Origin: Prorocentrum cordatum
Lineage: Eukaryota
DNA: 55,779 nt
Direction: 5' to 3'
NCBI GenBank assembly: GCA_963575745.1
Contig: CAUYUJ010000135.1
Location: forward strand, 62,001-117,779
The notes under the pieces are model-generated. The model worked only from the letters and a program-made list of their open reading frames with translations. It searched no databases and was not told the DNA's origin. This document shows, piece by piece, positions 23,109-34,208 of the stretch (within the stretch, counting starts at the first letter, position 1; every line of letters starts with the position of its first letter). The position numbers and the translations under genes were made by a program.

Positions 23109-25327
23109 CTAAGATCTCCGGGAACTGGTTAACAATATTTCTAGTTCGCGCGCGCGGGGCGGCCCCTGGGGGTCCCCGGACGAAAAGTACCTTGGCAAGG
23201 TCCCGGGCGGTCCGACTCAGAGATGGTTTTCCTCCTGGGCGCCGCCCTCGAGGCCCTCCAGAGAGCCCCAAGAGAAGGACCGCGAGGCCGCCAACAGCCC
23301 CCCAAGATGGTTCAAGAGTGCCCCGAGATGCCACACGCTCGCCTCAAGACGCCCACGATAGCCCCCAGACGCCCCAACAAGCCCCCAAGAGGCGTCCCAA
23401 GAGGGCCCCAAGAGGCAAAAACAGTCCCATTCCTTAAGCAAAACGTGCATTTTTAGCATTTTCGCCACTTGAGCTTTCACAGCGTCAAAAGCTGTCCAAG
23501 AGGCCCCCAAGATCGCCTCAAGACGGCCCAAGAGGCTCCCAAGAGGGCCCAAAAACCGCCCCAGAGGGCCACAAGACGACCCAAGAGGCCTCCAAGACAG
23601 CCCAAGAGGCCCCCAAGACGACTCCAAGGGGGGTTCCAGACAGGAGACCCGCACGGATATTTCGATCCCTCGGCCCTGAGAGGCCCCCAGGAGCGCCCTA
23701 GAGGCCCCCGAAAAGCTCCCAAGAGGCCCCAAGAGGCCCCCAAGAGGCCCTAAGATGCCCCCACGAGGCCCTCAGGAGGCCCCCAAGAGGCCCCCAAGCG
23801 GCCCGAGGAGGCCCCCCAAATGCCCACCCAAGCACGCAAGCAAAAGCCAGCGATGCTACAATATGGGTTGGCGGAGTGAACGAAGCGATTGAATAAGGAT
23901 GTGTGCTGCATGTGGTGAAAACGACGTGGTATAATAACATAGACACGATCTATGTGGTGTAACCTATGCGGTGCAGACTAGGGTTTGCAAAGTATGTTAT
24001 ACAGTCTGGGTGGTACAAACTTTGTGGTACAGACAATGTGGTGCAAGCTATGGTGTGCACACTACGTGGCGCATTCTATGTGGTGAAAGATATGTGGCGC
24101 ACTGCGCGCAGTGCAAAATATGAGGTGGAATCCGAATGTTGAAATATCCATGACGTGGTGTAACATATGTGATGTAAGATATGTCACAGTGGCAATGTGA
24201 TGCAATATCCACAACCGTGCCTGCAGCACGCTGAGGCGCGGAAGAATGGGAAAGGATGTCTGGCAGGCTGTTGTGGTTTTCACAGGGACCACTTTTCGTT
24301 CAGCTGGCAACCGACTGCACCACCCCTACTCCCCGGGGTGTTCTGGTGCTCTGGGCGGCCATGGCGCCTCCCCGAAGCTCTTCAAGGCTTCCAGAACGGC
24401 CCAAAAGCCCCCAAGACGGTATAAGAGGGCCCCAGGTCGCCGAACCATCGCTCGAAGACGCCTAGGATGGCCTCCGGATGGCCCGAGAAGCTTCCAAGAC
24501 GCCCCCCCGAAACCACCCCAAAACCCAAAACGGCCCACGAGGCCTCCAAGCGCCCTAAGAAGGCCCAAGAGAGGCGCCCAACACGGCCCAAGAGGACTCA
24601 AAAAAAACCCAAAACGGGCCCAGTAGACGGAACACGACCCGAAAATACTAGCCTTCCAGGAGGCCCCAAGAGGCGCCCAAGAAGCACCCAAGAGGCCCCC
24701 AAGAGGCCCCCAAGGGGCCCCCAAGAGGCCCCCAGGAGGGCCAAAAGAGACCCCGAGGGGCCCTACACCGGCCCCCAAAAGGCCTCGAAACTGACTCCAA
24801 CAGGCCCCCGACTGATCCCGACGAACATCCAATAGGCTTCGCAATCACACACCAACCACGGTGGCGGGACATGCCGTAGCCTGCTGAATACTGCGGCGCA
24901 AGCTACGCGGTGCACCCCGCGCACGGGGCGGCCACAAGCGGGCACCAAGCGAACAACCACACACACACACACACCTACACTTTTGGAGGTCAAGAGACCA
25001 TCAATAACCCTGAGACCTTTATTAAACGAATTGTAAAGAATTTTCGAATAGCCGATGTTGTAATAGATGACGGCGTCCATGATGTCATGGTCCCGATGGT
25101 GTCGCCGACGATGAACCCTGTGCTACACGGTCGGATGAAAACGTACGTCAATTTATATATTACCAGCTCCCGTCCCTCATCAGGACACGCCACTGGCGGG
25201 AGCACCGCGTTCCGGCTCACTGGTGGCCAAACTAGCAAGGTGCGTGCCGACGCGGCGGTTGCGCATTGCATATCACGTCCGTTCTACTGCGCGCGCGGGC
25301 GGGTCTACTTACGCCACGCCCCTTGGA

Positions 25328-25580
<253 letters not shown>

Positions 25581-26570
25581 CTTAGCGTCGGCGGCTAGGC
25601 AGTGAGAGGGTGACTGCGATGGCGATACAGGCGCGGACGGGGGCACCGTCGGGCCGTGCCGCGCCACCGCGCAGGAAGAGGAGGGGGGGGAAGGGGATGA
25701 GGAGGAGGAGGAGGAGGAGTAGGAGGAGGAGGAGGAGGAGGGAGGAGGGAGGAGGGGGGAAGAAGAGGAGGAGGAGGGGGAGGGAGGGGAGGAGGAGGAG
25801 GAGGAGGAGGGGAGGAGGGGGAGGAGGAGGAGGAGGAGGAGGAGGAGGAGGAGGAGGAGGAGGAGGAGGAGGAGGAGGAGTCCGGCGCCCAGGGTCGGTC
25901 TCCCGAAGGCCTGCCGTGCATTGCACACGCCCAGCCAACGAACTACCGCCAGGAAAGCAGCAACAGCTGCGCAGGAAGGGCACAGGGGGTGACCACGTCG
26001 CCTGTGAAGACTCGCGGCCCAGCGATTCCGACATGGTGCGTTGGGAGCCATATGCATCCCAGTCGGAACAGCTGGCACGGCATACTGAGGAGCACAAGCT
26101 CCCCAGCCCTGGGTGGGCACAAGGCCCCTTGGGACTCACGTGGCACAAGCCACCGCCTCCCGAGGAAATGCCGATCCCTGAGGGTCAGATCACAATGAAA
26201 TGACCGCACAGGCGCCGCTACCCGACTTCACCAGCAGGGCCAGGCTGAGAATGGGGCCGTGCTACACGCAACGACGGGAGACCCGTCGATACAGGTTCCG
26301 CAACGTCCACCCCAAGCCCAAGAGCCCGCGGTTCCAGAAAAACCGGCCGGGTGCACCCCGCCCAACCTGCGAAATAACTGCCGTGTACAGTGTGCCCCGA
26401 GGGTGCTCGGCACTGACACCATGATTATCCCGGCAAAGCAACCTAACAGCGATGTGTAGGAGCATATCTGGAAGCATTCCCCTTAAGATTCTGATGAGAA
26501 TCCAGTTGTAGAATTCTGCTGTTCTCGCAGTCGTAGTCGCATTCGCGATGACAGTCGCAGTGGCCTGCAT

Positions 26571-27750
26571 CAGCCTCAGCCTCAGCCTCAGCCTCAGCCT
26601 GCCTCAGCCTCAGCCTCAGCCTGCTTCAGCCTCAGCCTCAGTCTGCCTTCAGCCTCGGCCTCAGCCTCAGCCTCAGCCTGCATCAGCCTCAGCCTCAGCC
26701 TCAGCCTGCCTCAGCCTCAGCCTGCCTCAGCCTCAGCCTCAGCCTGCCTCAGCCTCAGCCTCAGCCTGCTTCAGCCTCAGCCTCAGTCTGCCTTCAGCCT
26801 CGGCCTCAGCCTCAGCCTGCCTCAGCCTCAGCCTGCATCAGCCTCAGCCTCAGCCTCAGCCTGCCTCAGCATCAGCCTGCCTCAGCCTCAGCCTCAGCCT
26901 GCCTCAGCCTCAGCCTCAGCCTGCTTCAGCCTCAGCCTCAGTCTGCCTTCAGCCTCGGCCTCAGCCTCAGCCTGCCTCAGCCTCAGCCTGCATCAGCCTC
27001 AGCCGCCTCAGCCTGCCTCAGCCTCAGCCTGCTCAGCCTCAGCCTCAGCCTGCCTCAGCCTCAGCCTCAGCCTGCTTCAGCCTCAGCCTCAGTCTGCCTT
27101 CAGCCTCGGCCTCAGCCTCAGCCTGCCTCAGCCTCAGCCTGCCTCAGCCTCAGCCTCAGCCTCAGCCTGCCTCAGCATCAGCCTGCCTCAGCCTCAGCCT
27201 CAGCCTGCCTCAGCCTCAGCCTCAGCCTGCTTCAGCCTCAGCCTCAGTCTGCCTTCAGCCTCGGCCTCAGCCTCAGCCTCAGCCTCAGCCTGCCTCAGCC
27301 TCAGCCTCAGCCTCAGCCTGCCTCAGCATCAGCCCTCAGCCTCAGCCTCAGCCTCAGCCTCAGCCTCAGCCTCAGCCTGCTTCAGCCTCAGCCTCAGTCT
27401 GCCTCAGCCTCAGCCTGCCTCAGCCTCAGCCTGCCTCAGCCTCAGCCTCAGCCTGCCTCAGCCTCAGCCTCAGCCTGCTTCAGCCTCAGCCTCAGTCTGC
27501 CTTCAGCCTCAGCCTCAGCCTGCCTCAGCCTCAGCCTGCATCAGCCTCAGCCTCAGCCTCAGCCTCAGCCTGCCTCAGCTCAGCCTGCCTCAGCCTCAGC
27601 CTCAGCCTGCCTCAGCCTCAGCCTCAGCCTGCCTCAGCTTCAGCCTCAGCCTGCATCAGCCTCAGCCTCAGTCTGCCTTCAGCCTCGGCCTCAGCCTCCG
27701 CCTGCCTCAGCCTCAGCCTGCCTCAGCCTCAGCATCAGCCTGCCTCAGCA
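26571..27750. repeat. (CTCAGC)n hexamer satellite with CCTG interruptions, ~1.2 kb
   Basis: Direct reading; higher-order recurrence of the variant agtctgccttcagcctcggcc. Confidence 0.97.
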
Positions 27751-29290
27751 TTCAAAATGTGGCACGGGAATGGGCTCCGGGCATTCAGAATGTGGCCCGG
27801 GACCTCGAAGACCACGAAGTGTGTAACTGTTTGCTTAAAACGACTTCCGCGGTTTCTCCCCGGATCCTGCCTGGACCCCCCTGGGGAGTCAAGATACTCT
27901 CTTTTGACCCCACTAGAAACCTATCAGTCTTCGCTGTTAGGTAAAAACAGGCACCAGGCCTCACTGGATGGGGCGGAGGAAGAGGAGGAGGAGGAGGAGG
28001 AGGAGGAGGAGGAGGAGGAGGAGGAGGAGTAGGAGGAGGAGGAGGAGGAGGAGGAGGGGAGGAGGGGGAGGAGGGGGAGGAGGAGGGAGGAGGAGGGGAG
28101 GAGGAGGAGGAGGAGGGAGGAGGAGGAGGAGGAGGAGGAGGAGGAGGAGGAGGAGGGAGGAGGGACGCGGCCGAAGGAAAATAAGGACGGGGCGGGCGGC
28201 TCATGTGTCAGAACGCTCCCCGAGCGTGTGGCGCGGCCGGCACTGCCGCTCGGCGCGCGGCGGCTGCTGCGTCAACGGGCCGGGAGCGGCGGGGCCAAGT
28301 GCGGGAAGATGAAACGGACGGCAAATGCGTATCAGTGTCAAATCCGACGAGGCGGCCCAACTCCATCACGGGTGCGTTAGGCGCCACGGGGCGGTGGCGC
28401 CAGCGGAGGGCGGCGAGACCAGGCCTGGGGCTGGTGTGGTCTCCAGCGGCTGGCAGCCAAGGGCGGCGTCAGCCCTGCGGCGCCGTGGTGACGCGGAGGA
28501 GGGGAGAGCGAGCGAGGCGGGGGGAAAGCGAACAGGGAGAAGAACGCCCCACCTGTGGGCCCACAGGCGGGGCGGCAGGCGCCAGGGGGAGGCGCGCAGC
28601 AGGCGGCACGAAGGCCGGCGGATGGAGGGACACCGAACAGGTGCAGGAAAGTTGCATGGGCGCCTCCCGGCGGGGTGGGGAAAGCCCGCAGCGGGTGGGG
28701 GGAAGCCGCCACCTCCGAATGCGATGGCGCGGCACCGAACAGGTGCAGTGATGTGAAGCAGTGAAGCAAGGAGGAGGGCAGGGTCCCGGAGACGGGATAG
28801 GGGCCTGCGCGCGGGGGGGCGGCCGCAGGGGGAAGCGGCGAGCCCCGGCGGTCCGAAAGGCGGAAGGCCAGGCGCCTGTGTCCAGGCGGACAAGGGGCCG
28901 GCCAGGGGGGCGAGCCGGCCAATCGCAGCTGAGGCAGCCGCGACAGACGTGCTGAGCAGAGGAAGCCTACGTCCCGTCCCGCAGCGGGGGGGCCGGCTGG
29001 CTGGCGGCGGGCGGGGCAAGTGAGAGGGGGGGTGGAGGGCGAGGGGCGAAGGGATGACTCAGATGAGGACCGAGTGCGGAAGCGGGCGTGGATGTGGCCA
29101 CGACACACACACACAGCTCACGGGACCCGGGCACCGGATAATACCCCAACACACCCATCACCCAATTTGCTCAAGAACGCAAGTCAGAGCCCCTATGTGC
29201 ACTGTTTGGGAAAGAAACAACCTGGAGATGATGGCGACGAGGAGGAGGAGGAGAAGGAAGAGGAGGAAGAAGAAGAAGAAGCAACATACA

Positions 29291-29291
<1 letters not shown>

Positions 29292-29322
<31 letters not shown>

Positions 29323-29512
29323 TAATAAAAATAATAAGAATAATAATAATAATCCTAATAATAATAATAATAGTAATAATAATAATAACAACAACAACAA
29401 GAATAATACAAATAATAATAATAATAAGAATAATAATAAAATAATAATAATAATAATGATAACAATACTAATAGTAATAATGATGGTAATAATAATGATA
29501 ATAATAATAATA
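29292..29512. repeat. (AAT)n microsatellite
   Basis: Direct reading. Confidence 0.95.
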
Positions 29513-29785
29513 AGAAGAAGAAGAAACACGCCGAGAATCTCCGAAAACCTCCGAGGGTCCCCCGGAGGGCCCAGCGACCCCGAGAAGGTTGACGAGAACC
29601 TGCGAGAAAGCTCCGAGGAAACTCCGAGTCCGAGAACCTTCAAAGAGCCTCACAGAACCTCCGAGGAACCCCCGAAAGACCTCCGAGTCCGAAGAGCCCA
29701 CGCAGGAGCCCACGGAGGAGCCCACCGGGAGGAACGTCCGAGCCCGAGAGCCTCCGGAAAACCTCCGAAGGAGCCGCGGTCGCGG

Positions 29786-29824
<39 letters not shown>

Positions 29825-30264
29825 TCGTCGTCATCGTCGTCGTCGTCGTCGGCGTCGGCGTCAGCGTCGGCGTCGGAGTCGGCGTCGGCGTCGGCGTCGT
29901 CGACGTTGTCGACATTCGACGTCGTTGTCGTTGCCGTCGTCGAGCCCCGTTGTTGTCGTCATCGTCGTCCTCGTCGTCGTCGTTGTCGTCCCCTTCGCCG
30001 TCGTCGTCGAGCATCATCGAGCGTCGTCGAGAGTCGCCGTCGTCGAGCGTCGTCGTCGTCGTGCGTCGTCGTCGTCGTCGGGCGTCGTCGTCGGGCATCG
30101 TCAACGTCGTCGTTGTCGGCATTCGACGTCGTTGAATATTCTAAAGAATGATTATTGCTGATCTCCGGAAACGGTTCCGCGCGCTCTCGCCTCGACGCCG
30201 ACTACATTTTCTCTGAAAACGCGGCTCCCGCGCGAGCGTTGGCTTGAGTGTAAATGTGGGCCCC

Positions 30265-30812
30265 TGAAGGCCCGGCTACAACGACAACGGCTCCCGCTCG
30301 ATACTTCCTCACAATTTACCCCGAGACACCCTGGCCAGAGAGGCCCCCAAACTCAGGAACGGCGCTCTCGCTCGAGATTTCCTCGCAATTCAGTCAAGTT
30401 GGCGGAGGCCCAGCCAACACGACAAGGGCTCCTGCTCGATACTACTTCCTCACGGTTTACTCCGAGAGCCCCTGGCCAGGAAGGCCCCAAAACTCAGGAA
30501 CGGCGCTCTCGCTCAAGACTGTCTCGCGATTCAGTCAAACTGGTGGAGGCCCAACTACGGCGTCAAGGGCTCTCTTTCGATACTTCCTCAAGATGAATTC
30601 GTAAAGGCCCTTGCCAGAGAGGCCCCCGATCTCAAGACTAGCGCTCTCGCACGAGACTGTCTCGTAATTCTAGCAAGTTGGTGGAGGCCCTGGCAAGGCG
30701 ACAGGGGTTCCCGTTGGATATTCCTCCATCTGTATTCCGAAAGCCCCTGGCCAGAGAGGCCCTAAACTCAGGAACGGCGCTCTCGCTCGAGAGTTTCTCG
30801 CACTTCAGTCAG
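30265..30812 (+). repeat. ~140-bp tandem repeat, about 4 diverged copies
   Basis: ccctggccagagaggcccccaaactcaggaacggcgctctcgctcgaga-like core at ~30329, 30470, 30608 and 30745. Confidence 0.85.
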
Positions 30813-31212
30813 TGGCCGACAAGGAAGATATTCTCCCCGATAGGGGGCGCAATCGAAGACGAAGTGGGCGGGTATCGAGGGCTGGGGTATACTGAGGGCA
30901 AGAGACGCGTGCCAGTAAGAGCGAGCAGTCTTAAAATGATGTTTGTCGGTGTCGTCGTCGTCGTCGTGGTCGTCGTCATCGTCGTCCTCATTGTCGTCGT
31001 CGTTGTCGTCTCCGTCGTCGTCGTCGTCGTCGAGTATCGTCAAGAGTCGTCGAGCGTCGACGTCGTCGAGCGTCGTCGTCGTAATCAGTCGTCGTCGTCA
31101 GGCACGTCGTCGTCGTCGTCGGGCGTCGTCGTCGGGCGTCGTCGTCGTCGTCGTCGTCGGCAGCGTCGTCGGCTGGGTAGTTCCAAATATACGGCCATGC
31201 CAAAAACTCACC

Positions 31213-31246
31213 ATAGGAAGCGGCATCATGGGGCCTCCTGGAAACG
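31213..31246 (+). repeat. Left terminal inverted repeat
   Basis: ATAGGAAGCGGCATCATGGGGCCTCCTGGAAACG. Confidence 0.8.
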
Positions 31247-32787
31247 TCTGGGCTTCCTGGAAATAGGCCGAGGGCCAGTAGATAACTTCCACGATCGTCG
31301 CGCGCTCTCACTCCTTCTGGGGGTCGGCGGAACGGCGTAAGCCACTTGAACAAGCACGGGGAAGCGAGGGGATAGTAGAAAAGGATGGAGGAAAGGAGGG
31401 AGGAAAGGAGGGAGGAAAGGAGGGAGCGAGGAAGGGGGAGAGACAAGAAGAGCAGGGGGCGGAAGGGGGGAGGAAGAAAGGGAGGAGCAGGGAGGACGGC
31501 AGCGCCGCCGTCGCCAGCGTTGCCGCCGTCGCTGCCGTCGCCGCCGTCGGTCTCGTCGCCGTCGCCGCCGTCGCCGTCAGCCGTCGTTGACGTCGGCGAA
31601 AACCAGGCCCCCCCCCAACTTTCCGCGAAAACCGCACCCCCGCACACCGTCAAAACCAAAACATTTTCGACAAGTTCGCGGGGGGGGGATCGTTGTTTCA
31701 AAGCCGTCGTCAGTCGTCGTCGTCGTCGCCGCTGTCGGCGGCGTCGCCGCCGGCCTCGGCGCCGCCGACGCCGCCGCCCCCCCGGGCGCGCGGATTTCTC
31801 GGGTCGAGCCCCGCCAGCGCCCGCGCGGCCGCCACCGCGGCGGTCCTGGCGGCGCCGGCCGAGGCGGCCCCCGCTCGCCCGCGGAGCGAGGACGAGGAGG
31901 GAGGACGAGTCAGAGCGAGATCGAGGGAGAGGGGGAGCGAGGGAGGAGAGAGCGAGGGATAACGAGGACGAGGGAGCCCGAGGACTAGGAAGGAGGAGGC
32001 AGATGGCAGAGGAGAGGGGAAGAGGAGGAGGAGGGGGAGAGGAGGTCTTGTCGACGACGACCCTCTCCCTCATCATCCTCCTCATCCCTTACCCCCGGGC
32101 CCTCCCTATCCCATATTCTCCTCACCTCTTGTCTGATCCGATCCCCTTCCTCCTGGACCATCATCCCTCTCTCCCCCATCCACGAGTGCTCTTTTGCCTG
32201 GCGGCGCGTTGCCGCGAACAGTCGAAGAGTGCAGAACATGCGACGGTCCTCTTCCTCCTCCTCCTCCTCCTCCTCCTCTTCCCTCCTCCTCCTCCTCCCT
32301 CGCAGTGGCGGCGACGGCGCCCCGAGCCCCGCATCGCTACGACAGGCACGGGGGCCCAATCGGCCTCCAACTCACAAATGCAAACGAACGTTCACAATCA
32401 ATCGCCTCCCGAATACATACGCCCAACATCGCACCAGAGAGACACGCAAAAAAAAAGGGCGCCGCGCCCGTGCGGCACCCCTGCCTGCTGGAACACCAGC
32501 TGCAGCGTGCAAGCATACACCGCGCCCGAGTGTAGGCAACACTGGCTACTGGATACTAGTGCAACTCGTCTGGGCGATGGGCGAAACGGCGGACTGGACC
32601 AAGCAAGCCTGCGACACAAGGATGCACATTGCTTTCGTTAAGTGGTGACCGTGGTAAGTTGGTTAAGTTGTTAAGTTAGGCAAGTCTCGAGCAAGTGCAT
32701 CCTTGATATCTTACTTTGCAACTAGAGAAGAATGGTCCAGCGCCGCTAGCAAACCGAACAACTGCAACTCGATCTGCATTCGGAGGC

Positions 32788-33930
32788 TCACGAAAGCAAG
32801 TGGAGCACTGACGATTTCTTCTTATCCTTGCCGCTCCCAGCCGCAGCCGCAGCCGCCTGACCGCCGCCGGTCGCCTGGGCGGTGGCGTCAACGGCTACGA
32901 TGGCCGCGGCGATGTGGGCAGCGGCAGCCGACGGCCCGAACAGCTGGTCGATCTGCGTCGGCGGCGCATTGGCGCAGCGGGCCACCCTGCGCTTCACCGC
33001 CACCTCGTCCTGAATCGCCAGGCGGGTCAGCTCCACGAAGCCGGGCCTCGCGTTCTCCTGCACGTTGGAGTCGCCGAGCCGCGCGGGCGAAAGGTAGGTC
33101 ACCTCGCGAGGCCGAGGAGGGCCCTCCTCCCTCAATCGATATTTTCCCTCCCTTCCTCCTCGCTGCCCCCGTTTCCCAGGGGGAGTGAGGTCAGGATGCG
33201 AGGACGAGGAGTCGAGGAGGAGGGGGGAACGCAGGGGCGAGGAAGGCAGGGAAAATATCGATTGAGGGAGGGGGGCCGCGCCTTGATGGTGATGGTCTGG
33301 GCGACGCCCTCGATCCACAAGTAGTCGGGCAACTGGATCGCGCGGTTGCGCACGTGGCCCGTCATCGTGGGGCGCTCGCCGGTCCCGTCAGGAATGGTGC
33401 GAACCAACCAGGCTGGGACAGGGCAATCGGCAGTGATGCTGTCCACCGCCTTCGGGGACGCATACACTCCGAGAGTGAGGCTGTCCCGCTCGTCCTTTGC
33501 ATCGAGCTTCAGGGCGCACACTAGGAAAGACTTGTCACCACGCGACATAGTCACAGGCCCGCAAAAGATCAGGTCCAGGTCACTCTGCATCTCCCCATCC
33601 CTGATCATCAGCACACCCTTCCCCTCGGTCTTGCCCTTTTTCTTAGTAGACTCCTTAGATTCCGCCGAGGGCGGGGACCAGTCGTGGAGCAGCTTGTTGA
33701 TGTTGGCCATATTGGTAGAGTGGAACGCCTGCTTGTACAGTTCGGTCTCAATGTAGCAGCAGAAGAGCTTGAGCCAATACGCAGAAGGGACAACCCCCAC
33801 AGGGAACACCAGCTGGCAGTCGTCGGTCTTGATGGTACCCGCCGCCTGCGACGCCAGGTTGATGTGCGAGTTCGCGGCCAGCGCCAGGTTCTCGGGGTTC
33901 GCGAACCTTGGGAGGCGCGCGCCATGGGAG

Positions 33931-34000
<70 letters not shown>

Positions 34001-34110
34001 TCTCACTCCCCCCTCCCCTCCCTCCCTTTATATTTTTTAATATATCCCCTTACTTCACTCGCTCATCCCCCGCTCCATCTATATAGAGTCTTTGTATCCC
34101 TCATCCTCCA

Positions 34111-34208
<98 letters not shown>

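Noticed and set aside
33768..33778. TTGGCTCAAG SL-like match on the minus strand
   Set aside because: It lies inside an open coding exon (AYWLKL); a chance 10-mer.
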